DNA of 64,000 nucleotides from Synechococcus sp. GTDB lineage: Bacteria > Cyanobacteriota > Cyanobacteriia > PCC-6307 > Cyanobiaceae. Made by a program: the position numbers and the translations under genes. The DNA lies in assembly GCA_047284725.1 (NCBI GenBank), contig JBJBEO010000001.1, positions 1,528,203-1,592,202 of the forward strand. The letters run 5' to 3'. The notes under the pieces are model-generated. The model was not told the DNA's origin. It did not search any database and was given only the letters and a program-made list of their open reading frames with translations. Shown in pieces: positions 41,438-51,352 of the stretch; the first letter of the stretch is position 1, and the number at the start of each line of letters is the position of its first letter.

Positions 41438-42358
41438 ATGGCCAGCGACCGCGTCGCCACCGATCGCCGCAGAGAGGTGAAACGAGTGCTGGTGACAGCC
41501 CTCGTCGTCAACCTCGCCATGACGGGGCTCAAGTTGCTGATTGGCCTTCTGAGCGGTTCCTTGGCTGTCATCGCGGATGCGATGCACAGCGCCACCGACG
41601 CGCTCTCCAGCCTGATGGGTCTCATCACGAATGGACTGTCAGATCCTCGTCCCGACCGCGACCATCCCTACGGCCACGACAAATACGAGGGTGTTGGAGC
41701 ACTCGCCATCGCGGGATTCATCCTCTTCACCGCGATTGAAATCCTGATTAAAGGAAGCGAGCGGATCCTTGAGGGCATTCCCCAGCTGCGGGTTAACAGC
41801 ATCGAGCTCCTGCTGCTGCTGGTTGTTCTGGTCTTCAACCTTGGATTGGCTCTCTACGAGCGTCGTGAGGGTCGAAGACTGCAGAGTCAGCTGCTGCTGG
41901 CAGATGCACGACACACCACCGCCGATATCTGGACAACGGTGATCGTGCTGTTGGGCCTCACAGGTGCCTGGTGGTTTCAGTGCAATTGGCTGGACGTCGC
42001 CTTGGCGCTTCCTCTCGCCTTGTTGCTGATCAGGGTGTGCTGGCAGGTCATCAGAAGCAATTTGCCTTGGCTGGTCGACCACATCGCCATCGCGCCGGAG
42101 GCCATTCATGAACAGGCCATGGGCGTCCCCGGGGTGATCAACTGCCACGACATCGCCAGTCGAGGCGTTCTCGGTCAACGGGTGTTTGTCGATATGCACA
42201 TGGTCGTGGACACCGATCATCTCCCCACTGCGCACGGCATTACAGAACAAGTGGAGGAGCGACTGGAACGGCGGTTCGGGCCGGTGCGCTGCACCATTCA
42301 CCTCGAACCCAAGGACTACGCCGAACAGGCGATCACCTTCCGCGGCACCCACGGCTGA
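41438..42358 (+). CDS. Cation diffusion facilitator transporter
   Basis: SGSLAVIADAMHSATD, HPYGHDKYE, ADARHTTAD, IHLEP. Confidence 0.92.
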   Translation: MASDRVATDRRREVKRVLVTALVVNLAMTGLKLLIGLLSGSLAVIADAMHSATDALSSLMGLITNGLSDPRPDRDHPYGHDKYEGVGALAIAGFILFTAIEILIKGSERILEGIPQLRVNSIELLLLLVVLVFNLGLALYERREGRRLQSQLLLADARHTTADIWTTVIVLLGLTGAWWFQCNWLDVALALPLALLLIRVCWQVIRSNLPWLVDHIAIAPEAIHEQAMGVPGVINCHDIASRGVLGQRVFVDMHMVVDTDHLPTAHGITEQVEERLERRFGPVRCTIHLEPKDYAEQAITFRGTHG

Positions 42359-42445
42359 CTGGGCCGGTCGTCAGGGCGGCGCTTTCCGTCACCGCCACCC
42401 CCCCTGTGATGCGTCACACTTGCGCCTGACTGCAGGCCCCAGGCC

Positions 42446-42943
42446 ATGACTGATTCCTACGGAGAGTCCCAACAAGGTGGGGGACAGGCAGGCGGCGGCC
42501 GAGACGGCGCCCGTCGACGTGGCGGCAACCGAGAGGGTGGCGGCTTCCGCATTCGCTTGAGCGATAACGAGATGCGCTCGGTGAGGGCCCTTCAAGAGGC
42601 CTTCAACCTCCGTTCCACTGTCTCAGTGCTCGGCTTTGCTGTTCGAAGTCTTGGCCAGATGCTTGAGGACGGTCAGCTCGAGGCCCTGATTGAGCAGCAT
42701 CGTTCTCAGGCACCTCGCGGTGGAGAGCGTCGTCGCAGTGACGGTGATCGCGCCGGTGGCCGCCGAGATGGCGGTGGCCGTGGTCAGCGTCCTGATCCGT
42801 TTGCCCGACCCGCCAAGCCTGAGCCAGCTCCCGCCGCCGTGGCGGAGGACCCTGCTCCCGCCAGCACTGACGAGACGGCCACGGACCCTGTGAGCGACGG
42901 TCAGACCAACGAAGCATCAGCAGACACCACCACAGAGGCCTGA
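42446..42943 (+). CDS. Conserved hypothetical protein
   Basis: GGFRIRLSDNEMR....LQEAFNLRSTV.VLGFA. Confidence 0.75.
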   Translation: MTDSYGESQQGGGQAGGGRDGARRRGGNREGGGFRIRLSDNEMRSVRALQEAFNLRSTVSVLGFAVRSLGQMLEDGQLEALIEQHRSQAPRGGERRRSDGDRAGGRRDGGGRGQRPDPFARPAKPEPAPAAVAEDPAPASTDETATDPVSDGQTNEASADTTTEA

Positions 42944-42947
42944 GGGG

Positions 42948-43961
42948 ATGCTCCAGTCGCGGGTTCTTTCCGGCGTTCAGCCCACTGGTGCCCTTCATCT
43001 GGGCAACTGGCTGGGCGCCATCCGCAACTGGGTGGATCTTCAACACGACCACGACACCTTCGTATGCGTGGTTGACCTTCATGCCATCACCGTTCCTCAC
43101 GACCCCCGACGGCTCGCAGAGGACACGCTGAGCACAGCAGCGTTGTATCTGGCCTGTGGAATCGACCCCAGGGTGAGCACAGTGTTCGTGCAAAGCCATG
43201 TGCCGGCCCACGCTGAACTGTGCTGGCTTCTGAACTGCGTCACTCCGCTCAATTGGCTGGAGCGGATGATCCAGTTCAAGGAAAAGGCTGTGAAGCAGGG
43301 TGACAACGTGTCGGTCGGCCTCCTCGACTACCCCGTGCTGATGGCCGCGGACATCCTTTTATATGACGCGGATCTCGTCCCGGTTGGCGAAGACCAGAAG
43401 CAACACTTGGAGTTGGCGCGAGACATCGCCCAACAACGCATCAATGCCCGGTTCGGCAGCACCGATGCCCCTGTGCTCAAGGTGCCCAAACCCATGATCC
43501 TCAAGGAGGGCGCCCGGGTGATGAGCTTGACCGACGGCCGCAGCAAGATGAGCAAGAGCGATCCCAATGACGCGAGCCGCATCACCCTTCTGGACCCTCC
43601 AGAATTAATTACCAAAAAAATCAAGCGCGCCAAAACCGACCCTCAGATGGGTCTGGAATTTGGGAACCCTGACCGACCTGAAACGGACAATCTGCTGGGC
43701 CTTTACGCAATCCTGAGCGGTCAAGGTCGTGAGGCTGCAGCCGAGGAATGCGCCGACATGGGATGGGGACGCTTCAAACCGCTGCTGGCTGAGGCGGCCG
43801 TCGAAGCGATCCAACCGATTCAGACGCGCTACCGCGAACTGATCAGCGATCGAACTGAGCTCGACCGTGTGCTGGCCCATGGCAAAGAGCGTGCTGATGC
43901 TGTTGCCGAAGCAACAGTTGCAAGAGTTCGCAGCAGCCTTGGCTTTCTTTCAGCCCCTTGA
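42948..43961 (+). CDS. trpS: Tryptophan--tRNA ligase
   Basis: SGVQPTG.LHLGN, VPVGEDQKQH, KMSKS. Confidence 0.98.
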   Translation: MLQSRVLSGVQPTGALHLGNWLGAIRNWVDLQHDHDTFVCVVDLHAITVPHDPRRLAEDTLSTAALYLACGIDPRVSTVFVQSHVPAHAELCWLLNCVTPLNWLERMIQFKEKAVKQGDNVSVGLLDYPVLMAADILLYDADLVPVGEDQKQHLELARDIAQQRINARFGSTDAPVLKVPKPMILKEGARVMSLTDGRSKMSKSDPNDASRITLLDPPELITKKIKRAKTDPQMGLEFGNPDRPETDNLLGLYAILSGQGREAAAEECADMGWGRFKPLLAEAAVEAIQPIQTRYRELISDRTELDRVLAHGKERADAVAEATVARVRSSLGFLSAP

Positions 43962-44175
43962 AACACGCCCCGGCACGGCGAATGGTCCAACGCCACTAAT
44001 CAGAGCAAACCCTTTTGAAAAGCTGCGCTGATCATTAAGACTTCCTGATTCATGTTGCGCCCCACGCCCGAACCGTGCAATGCGAACCCAGGACAGCAGG
44101 CGAGTCTCGTGGGTCTTGACCCAGCTTTTTGGTGAGCGTATTTGCCTAAACACACCGTCAAGCCAGCGTCAAGGG

Positions 44176-44255
44176 CCATCGCCACCCCCTCGCGAGGGAT
44201 CCAGGGAAGTGATCAGGGTGGCTGAGCCATGAACGGATTGTGTGCCGGTCGCTTT
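44176..44255 (+). ncRNA. Candidate c-di-AMP (ydaO/yuaA-like) riboswitch / structured leader
   Basis: GCCACCC(44181)..GGGTGGC(44222) stem enclosing a CCCTCGCGAGGG hairpin and ATCCAGGGAA; upstream of a muramidase gene. Confidence 0.4.
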
Positions 44256-44286
44256 TCAACCATTGATCAGCCAGATCACCAGGAGC

Positions 44287-44940
44287 GTGATCAAAGTTGA
44301 TGTCCGCAGGGCTCTGTGGCCCGTGGCAGGCGTGGTTGGTGCATGCCTCCTCACTGGACAATCACTGCAGGCAGAGCGCTCCGCAGTGCGAGTTGAACAG
44401 GCCGAGAACGTGGAAGAGCGTCTGCAGGCCGATCAGCAGGCCTCAAGGATCGGTCAGACCGAGGGCCCTTACCAGATCACCCCAGAACGAAGAGCCCTCC
44501 TGAACACCATTCGTTATGCCGAGGGCACCTGGAAAGACGGCCGTGATCTGGGCTACCAAATCCTTTACGGAGGCGGTCAGTTCGCCGACCTCTCCCGCCA
44601 CCCGGACCGTGTTGTGGTGAGGCGCTATGCAAGTGCCGCTGCAGGTGCCTACCAATTCCTGCCGGCCACCTGGAAGCAAGTTGCTTTGGAACTGAAACTG
44701 GTGAGTTTTGAACCCCAGCATCAGGACCAAGCGGCGCTACGTCTGATCGAACGACGGGGGGCACTTGAAGAGGTCGATCGCAATGGCCTCACCAAAACAG
44801 CGATGCACCGTTTAGCCCCTGAGTGGGCCTCCTTCCCAACCCACCGCGGCACCAGTGCCTACGGTCAACCCGTTAAAAGTCATGCGGAACTGGCCAAGTT
44901 CTACAGCGAGAATCTTCGCCAGATTCGTGTGGGCGCCTGA
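44287..44940 (+). CDS. Glycoside hydrolase family 104/24 (lambda-lysozyme-like muramidase); start uncertain
   Basis: ALLNTIRYAEGT, SAAAGAYQFL..TW, QDQAA, EWASFP. Confidence 0.88.
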   Translation: MIKVDVRRALWPVAGVVGACLLTGQSLQAERSAVRVEQAENVEERLQADQQASRIGQTEGPYQITPERRALLNTIRYAEGTWKDGRDLGYQILYGGGQFADLSRHPDRVVVRRYASAAAGAYQFLPATWKQVALELKLVSFEPQHQDQAALRLIERRGALEEVDRNGLTKTAMHRLAPEWASFPTHRGTSAYGQPVKSHAELAKFYSENLRQIRVGA

Positions 44941-44955
44941 GCCTGTCTCCTGACC

Positions 44956-45291
44956 TCAATGCTGCGCCTGGGAGAGACGGGCCGCGAGCGCCCAAACCTC
45001 CGTGACCAGTTGATGCCATGGCTGCATGGCATCCATCGACACTGCCATCGCCTTGGGTGAGGCATCAATCAGGGCACGGGTTGCCATGATCGCTTTCTTT
45101 CCTTCGGTCAGGCGGCAGGCCATGGCCTCACGCTGATCCGCCGCCATCACGTCATCAGGGCAGATCGCAAGCAGCTCCTCTCCCCGATTGAACCAGCGGC
45201 TGAAGTCATTGAGAAGGGAATCAAGAAGACTCTCCAGCAAGGCACCCGCCTCCTCATCTCTTGCCCAATCGCCAGCGTCAGAGGGGTTCAT
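44956..45291 (-). CDS. DUF2605-family protein
   Basis: LLESLLDSLL.DF..WF.RG, M.PWHQLV.EVW. Confidence 0.75.
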   Translation of the reverse strand: MNPSDAGDWARDEEAGALLESLLDSLLNDFSRWFNRGEELLAICPDDVMAADQREAMACRLTEGKKAIMATRALIDASPKAMAVSMDAMQPWHQLVTEVWALAARLSQAQH

Positions 45292-45320
45292 TGGATGGGG
45301 GTGCATGACACGCCCATAAG

Positions 45321-47162
45321 ATGGCTGCTGATGAGTCTGAACCGGTGAGCAGCGCTGCAGTGACCGCCCCCGAGTCCAATCCGACGGTCAACGAGACAGT
45401 GGCGCTTCCCAAGACCAGTGAAAGCGATGCATTGCTCCGCATTCGCCACTCCATGAGCCATGTGATGGCCATGGCAGTTCAGAAACTCTTCCCTCAGGCC
45501 CAGGTGACCATCGGTCCGTGGACCGAGAGTGGGTTCTACTACGACTTCGACAGCCCGGACCCCTTCACGGAAGCAGATCTCAAGGCCATCCGCAAGGAGA
45601 TGATCAAGATCATCAACCGCAAGCTGCCGCTGGAGAGGATCGAGGTGAGCCGCGCTGAGGCGGAGGCCAAAATCAAGGCACAGAACGAGCCCTACAAACT
45701 CCAGATCCTTGCGGGGATCCAGGAACCGATCACCCTCTACACCCTTGGCAATGAATGGTGGGATCTTTGCGCCGGCCCCCACGTCGCCAACACCAGTGAG
45801 CTCAATGCCAAGGCCTTCGAGCTCGAAAGTGTGGCCGGTGCCTACTGGCGCGGCGATGAAAACAATGCCCAACTGCAACGCATCTATGGCACAGCCTGGG
45901 AAACCCCCGAGCAGCTAGCCGAGCACAAGCGCCGCAAGGACGAAGCTCTACGGCGTGACCATCGCCGAATCGGCACGGATCTCGACCTCTTTTCCATCGA
46001 AGATGAGGCGGGAGCGGGTCTGGTGTTCTGGCACCCACGCGGTGCTCGCATGCGCCTGCTGATCGAGGATTTCTGGCGTCAGGCTCACTTCGATGGGGGG
46101 TACGAGCTGCTGTATACACCCCACGTGGCCGACATCAGCCTCTGGAAAACGTCAGGACACCTCGACTTCTACAGCGAGAGCATGTTTGGACCGATGGAGG
46201 TCGACGAGCGGGAATACCAGCTCAAACCGATGAACTGCCCATTTCACGTGCTCACCTACGCGAGCAAACTGCGCAGTTACCGGGAACTGCCGATTCGCTG
46301 GGCTGAACTCGGCACGGTTTACCGCTACGAACGACCTGGTGTCATGCATGGATTGATGCGGGTGCGTGGCTTCACCCAGGACGATGCCCATGTGTTCTGT
46401 CTCCCGGAGCAGATCAGCGATGAGATTCTCCGCATCCTTGACCTGACGGAACGGATTCTCTCCACCTTTGACTTCCGCAATTACGAGATCAACCTCTCAA
46501 CGCGGCCTGAGAAATCGATCGGGGAAGACGCTGTGTGGGAGCTGGCCACCCAGGGCTTGATTGAAGCGCTCGACCGCAAAGGCTGGGCCTACAAAGTTGA
46601 TGAGGGAGGTGGGGCCTTCTACGGCCCCAAGATCGACCTCAAGATCGAAGATGCCATCGGCCGTCTGTGGCAGTGCTCCACCATTCAGCTCGACTTCAAC
46701 CTGCCTGAACGGTTCAGCCTCGATTACGTCGCCGACAACGGATCCAAGCAAAGGCCGATCATGATCCACCGAGCGATTTTCGGCTCACTGGAGCGATTCT
46801 TCGGAATCATGACGGAGAACTACGCAGGTGATTACCCCTTCTGGCTCGCTCCTGAGCAGATCCGCCTTCTGCCTGTGACTGATGAAGTTCAGGATTACGC
46901 CGAGAGCCTTCTCCAGCAGCTCACGGCAGCTGGAGTTCGCGCCACTGTCGATCGCAGCGGCGATCGTCTGGGCAAGCTGATTCGCACCGGTGAAAAGATG
47001 AAAATCCCTGTTCTGGCGGTGATTGGTGCCAAGGAGGCCGCCCAAGGTGGTGCCAACCTCCGTAGCCGTCGCGATGGCGATCTCGGTCTGGTCAACGCTG
47101 AAACCCTCCTCCATGCTGCCCAAGCGGCCAACAACCAGCGCAGCGCAGGTCTTTCTGTATGA
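45321..47162 (+). CDS. thrS: Threonine--tRNA ligase
   Basis: IRHSMSHVMA, DLCAGPH, KPMNCP, MRVRGFTQDDAH, IHRAIFGSLERF. Confidence 0.98.
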   Translation: MAADESEPVSSAAVTAPESNPTVNETVALPKTSESDALLRIRHSMSHVMAMAVQKLFPQAQVTIGPWTESGFYYDFDSPDPFTEADLKAIRKEMIKIINRKLPLERIEVSRAEAEAKIKAQNEPYKLQILAGIQEPITLYTLGNEWWDLCAGPHVANTSELNAKAFELESVAGAYWRGDENNAQLQRIYGTAWETPEQLAEHKRRKDEALRRDHRRIGTDLDLFSIEDEAGAGLVFWHPRGARMRLLIEDFWRQAHFDGGYELLYTPHVADISLWKTSGHLDFYSESMFGPMEVDEREYQLKPMNCPFHVLTYASKLRSYRELPIRWAELGTVYRYERPGVMHGLMRVRGFTQDDAHVFCLPEQISDEILRILDLTERILSTFDFRNYEINLSTRPEKSIGEDAVWELATQGLIEALDRKGWAYKVDEGGGAFYGPKIDLKIEDAIGRLWQCSTIQLDFNLPERFSLDYVADNGSKQRPIMIHRAIFGSLERFFGIMTENYAGDYPFWLAPEQIRLLPVTDEVQDYAESLLQQLTAAGVRATVDRSGDRLGKLIRTGEKMKIPVLAVIGAKEAAQGGANLRSRRDGDLGLVNAETLLHAAQAANNQRSAGLSV

Positions 47163-47554
47163 GCGACACCACCATCCGCACGCTGGCTGATTTCGGCAGC
47201 CTCCGCTCCGCACCATCTCTCCAACCTCACCAACGCCTGGCCCTGACCCGAGAGCTGGTGGAGGCGATGACCGCGTTCGACTGGTTCACCGTCGGCATCA
47301 TGGCCCCCTCCTCTCACGCCGCCTTGATTTCCCTGCGCAGCCTTGAACAGTCTCTGCAATGGGATGGGATGCGTCAGGAGACTGAGCTATCGACGCCAGA
47401 CCCCGTGTTCCTCAAGGCCAATCAGTCAACGGGCCTGATTCGCATCCGTGTGGAGCATGGTTTGGGCGAGGGCGTGCTGATCAGCGGTCACAGCCATGCC
47501 CCGGAGCAAGACGGCACCACTTGGGGCCCCTTTCCCCTTGATTTCTTTGCTTAA
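47159..47554 (+). CDS. DUF1824-family protein
   Basis: WFTVGIMAPS, VFLKANQ.TG, TWGPFPLDFF. Confidence 0.8.
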   Translation: MSDTTIRTLADFGSLRSAPSLQPHQRLALTRELVEAMTAFDWFTVGIMAPSSHAALISLRSLEQSLQWDGMRQETELSTPDPVFLKANQSTGLIRIRVEHGLGEGVLISGHSHAPEQDGTTWGPFPLDFFA

Positions 47555-47624
47555 AACCCAGCCATTGGCTTGCGGTTTGCAGCCGTGACAAGCAGCCTGA
47601 AGGCTGCGGCATAGGGCCTTCAGA

Positions 47625-48680
47625 ATGGCGTCCAACACCTTTCTGGCAGGCGATCTGGGGGGAACTAAAACGCTCCTCTCGATTTATGGGCAATGCGACG
47701 GTGTCCTGCAACCTCTGTTCAGTCAGCGTTACGTCTCCAGAGAGTGGCCTAGCCTTGAAACGATGCTGAAAGGCTTTCTGGCGAAGGTGCCTGACACCCT
47801 GCCGACGCCTGCCACCAGCTGCGTTGCCGTTGCGGGTCCGGTTCGCGGTGGGTCCGCCAAGCTGACCAACCTGCCGTGGGAGTTGAGCGAGCACTCCCTT
47901 TGCGAGGCCACAGGACTGGTCAAACTGGAACTGGTGAATGATTTCGCCGTCTTGATCCACGGCCTCCCCCACTTCACTGCAACCCAGCAGGTGATGCTTC
48001 AGGCTGGCGAAGGCAACCCCTCAGAGACCAGAGTCCCCGAACAACCGGTGGCCATCCTTGGTGCAGGAACAGGACTGGGGATGGCTCGGGGCATCCCTGG
48101 ACAAGGGGGCTGGATGGCCTTGGCCAGTGAGGGCGGCCACCGTGAATTCGCTCCACGCACCGAGGCTGAATGGAATCTGGCCTGCTGGCTGAAGGCCGAC
48201 CTGGATCTGCATCGGCTCTCTGTGGAACGGGTCGTCAGCGGCACAGGCCTGGGGCACGTGATGCGATGGCGCTTACAGCAGCCGGATGGGGCTGGCCATC
48301 AACTCCGGGCCGCTGCGGATGCATGGCGGTCGTTACCAGTGGATGCGACCGACTACCAAGACCTGCCGGCACTGGTGGGACAAGCAGCCCAGGCAGGAGA
48401 TCCCGTGGCCAGAAGCGCCCTTGACCTTTGGCTCGGAGCGTATGGCTCAGCCGCAGGAGACCTGGCACTGCAGGAGTTATGCACTGGAGGACTGTGGATT
48501 GGCGGGGGAACCGCCGCCAAACAGATTCAAGGCCTGCAATCAGCCGCCTTTCTTGAACCGATGCGCAGCAAAGGACGCTTCAGGCCGTTCATTGAACGCC
48601 TACGGATCAACGCCGTGGTGGATGCCAATGCCGGGCTGTTCAGTGCCGCCTGCAGAGCCAGAGATCTGGCCATGGCTTGA
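47625..48680 (+). CDS. glk: Glucokinase
   Basis: LAGDLGGTKT, LVNDF, GAGTGLG, SEGGH, ERVVSG.GL. Confidence 0.95.
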   Translation: MASNTFLAGDLGGTKTLLSIYGQCDGVLQPLFSQRYVSREWPSLETMLKGFLAKVPDTLPTPATSCVAVAGPVRGGSAKLTNLPWELSEHSLCEATGLVKLELVNDFAVLIHGLPHFTATQQVMLQAGEGNPSETRVPEQPVAILGAGTGLGMARGIPGQGGWMALASEGGHREFAPRTEAEWNLACWLKADLDLHRLSVERVVSGTGLGHVMRWRLQQPDGAGHQLRAAADAWRSLPVDATDYQDLPALVGQAAQAGDPVARSALDLWLGAYGSAAGDLALQELCTGGLWIGGGTAAKQIQGLQSAAFLEPMRSKGRFRPFIERLRINAVVDANAGLFSAACRARDLAMA

Positions 48681-48749
48681 CAACAGTTTCGACAGATCGT
48701 CTGCCTCCGGCCTCTCAGGTGAGACACTGGCCTGAACAGGACAGCGAGG

Positions 48750-49712
48750 ATGGTGCAACCGCGCATCGGCCAGTCTGTGGTTGTGGATGTTCCTGCGACC
48801 ACAGCCAACATCGGACCAGGTTTTGATTGCTTGGGTGCAGCCCTCGACCTCAACAACCGCTTCACCATGCGCCGGATTGAGGGTGATGGTGAGCGCTTTG
48901 AGTTGATCATTGAGGGACAAGAAGGGAGTCACCTGCGAGGAGGCCCCGACAACCTCGTCTATCGCGCTGCCCAGAGAGTCTGGAAAGCCGCCGGAGAGGA
49001 ACCGGTTGCGCTAGAGGCGCGCGTTCGCCTGGCTGTTCCTCCCGCACGGGGCCTGGGGAGCAGTGCCACCGCGATCGTGGCCGGTCTGGTAGGTGCCAAT
49101 GCGCTCGTGGGTGAGCCCCTCAGTCGCGAAAAATTGCTGGAACTGGCGATCGACATCGAGGGGCACCCCGACAATGTCGTCCCCTCCTTGCTCGGAGGGT
49201 TGTGCATGACAGCCAAAGCAGCTTCCCAGCGCTGGCGAGTGGTTCGATGCGAATGGGTTCCCGGCGTGAAAGCCGTCGTGGCCATCCCTTCCATCCGCCT
49301 CAGCACAAGTGAGGCCCGAAGAGCCATGCCCAAGGCCATACCCATTAGTGACGCGGTTGTGAATCTCGGGGCCCTCACCCTCCTGCTTCAGGGTCTGCGC
49401 ACCGGCAATGGCGACCTGATTGCCGATGGGATGCATGACCGACTCCACGAACCCTACCGATGGCGACTGATCAAAGGCGGGCAGGAGGTCCGTGAGGCTG
49501 CCCTCAGCGCTGGCGCTTGGGGTTGCGCGATCAGCGGTGCCGGCCCCAGCGTGCTGGCCCTCTGCCCTGAGGAAAACGGCCAGGCCGTCAGCCAGGCCAT
49601 GGTGCGGGCCTGGGAAGCTGCGGGCGTGGCCAGCCGCGCGCCCCTGCTCAATCTTCAAACCAATGGAAGCCACTGGCAGCCTGTGGAAGCTGACCGCACA
49701 ACAGCTAGGTAA
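48750..49712 (+). CDS. thrB: Homoserine kinase
   Basis: VPATTANIGPGFDCLG, PPARGLGSSA, EGHPDN, ISGAGPS. Confidence 0.97.
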   Translation: MVQPRIGQSVVVDVPATTANIGPGFDCLGAALDLNNRFTMRRIEGDGERFELIIEGQEGSHLRGGPDNLVYRAAQRVWKAAGEEPVALEARVRLAVPPARGLGSSATAIVAGLVGANALVGEPLSREKLLELAIDIEGHPDNVVPSLLGGLCMTAKAASQRWRVVRCEWVPGVKAVVAIPSIRLSTSEARRAMPKAIPISDAVVNLGALTLLLQGLRTGNGDLIADGMHDRLHEPYRWRLIKGGQEVREAALSAGAWGCAISGAGPSVLALCPEENGQAVSQAMVRAWEAAGVASRAPLLNLQTNGSHWQPVEADRTTAR

Positions 49713-49769
49713 TTCCACTCAATCCAGGCTGAGCCCCTGATAAGTTCAGTAGCTTCGTTCACGACAGCC

Positions 49770-51341
49770 ATGGACGCCGATCTGCCGTTGAGTGCCGCGT
49801 CCGCAGAGGGTTTTCCCTGGCTGTCACTGATTGTTCTTCTCCCTGCAGCCGCGGCGCTGTTAATGCCCCTGTTGCCGGGCGATGACAAAACGCCATCACC
49901 CTGGCCACGCAACCTTGCTCTGGGCGTGCTGGCCATTGATTTCGCCTTGATGCTGGTGGCCTTCAGCCAGCATTTCGATTCGCAGGACTCATCCCTGCAG
50001 CTGGTGGAACGGCTGAGCTGGGTTCCGGCGATTGGCCTCGAGTGGTCAGTCGGCGCCGACGGTCTGTCGATGCCCCTGGTGGTGCTCAGCGGCCTGGTGA
50101 CGATGCTGTCAGTGGCTGCCAGCTGGAGAGTTCAGCACAAGGCCAAGCTCTATTTCGGTCTGCTGCTGTTGCAAGCCGCAGCGCAGGCCCTGGTCTTTCT
50201 CTCCCAGGATTTCCTGCTCTTCTTCCTGGCCTGGGAACTTGAACTGGTTCCGGTCTATCTCCTGATTGCGATCTGGGGCGGACAGAACCGCCAGTACGCC
50301 GCGACCAAATTCATCCTTTACACCGCGCTGGCATCACTGCTGATCCTGATCAGCGGTCTGGCCTTAGCCCTAGCTGGCGATTCTTTCACTCTCAACCTCA
50401 CTGAACTGGCAGCCCGCTCGCCAGGCGGCACCTTCGGACTTCTCTGTTACCTGGGATTCCTGGTGGGTTTTGGCGTGAAATTGCCGATGTTCCCCCTTCA
50501 CACCTGGTTGCCGGATGCTCACGGCGAAGCCAATGCGCCTGTTTCGATGCTGCTGGCAGGGGTGCTGCTGAAAATGGGCGGCTATGCCTTGCTCCGCTTC
50601 AACGTTCAGATGCTTCCAGACGCCCATCTAGTGCTGGCACCTGCGCTGATTGTTTTGGGGATCGTCAACATCATTTACGGCGCCCTGAATGCGTTCGCGC
50701 AAGACAACGTCAAACGCCGGATCGCCTGCAGTTCTGTCAGTCACATGGGCTTTGTGCTGGTCGGGATTGGCGCGATTGACGCACTCAGCATCAGTGGAGC
50801 GATGCTCCAGATGATCAGCCACGGCCTGATCGCTGCAGCCATGTTCTTCGTAACTGGCAGCTTCTATGAACGCACCAAAACCCTGTCGATTCCCAACATG
50901 GGCGGTCTGGCCAAGGTGTTGCCCATCACGTTCGCCTTCTTTCTGGCCAGCTCCCTCGCCTCCTTGGCCTTGCCGGGGATGAGCGGCTTCATCAGCGAAA
51001 TCACCATTTTCCTCGGGGTGACAAGTCAGACCGATTTCACCATCGGTTTCCGTGTGATCACCATCGTGGCCTCTGCCATCGGGCTGGTGCTCACTCCGAT
51101 CTATCTGCTCTCGATGTGCCGTCGCGTGTTCTTTGGACCGAGGATTCCGGCTCTCGCCTTCGTCGGCGACATGAATCCCCGTGAGTTGGTGATTGGCCTC
51201 ACCCTTCTGGTGCCCACGCTCACCATCGGTGTTTGGCCAAGGGTCGCGATGGATGTCTACGAGGCCTCCACCGATGCTCTCGCAGAAACGCTTTCAACCC
51301 ATAGCCTGATCGCACTCCACAATCTTCTGCCCCTGGGCTGA
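49770..51341 (+). CDS. ndhD: NAD(P)H-quinone oxidoreductase subunit 4
   Basis: [47 protein letters not shown]. Confidence 0.95.
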   Translation: MDADLPLSAASAEGFPWLSLIVLLPAAAALLMPLLPGDDKTPSPWPRNLALGVLAIDFALMLVAFSQHFDSQDSSLQLVERLSWVPAIGLEWSVGADGLSMPLVVLSGLVTMLSVAASWRVQHKAKLYFGLLLLQAAAQALVFLSQDFLLFFLAWELELVPVYLLIAIWGGQNRQYAATKFILYTALASLLILISGLALALAGDSFTLNLTELAARSPGGTFGLLCYLGFLVGFGVKLPMFPLHTWLPDAHGEANAPVSMLLAGVLLKMGGYALLRFNVQMLPDAHLVLAPALIVLGIVNIIYGALNAFAQDNVKRRIACSSVSHMGFVLVGIGAIDALSISGAMLQMISHGLIAAAMFFVTGSFYERTKTLSIPNMGGLAKVLPITFAFFLASSLASLALPGMSGFISEITIFLGVTSQTDFTIGFRVITIVASAIGLVLTPIYLLSMCRRVFFGPRIPALAFVGDMNPRELVIGLTLLVPTLTIGVWPRVAMDVYEASTDALAETLSTHSLIALHNLLPLG

Positions 51342-51352
51342 AGCAAGACGGC

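Noticed and set aside
44287..44940. Phage-type lysozyme as evidence of a prophage
   Set aside because: No other phage genes; host-like GC; embedded between trpS and thrS.
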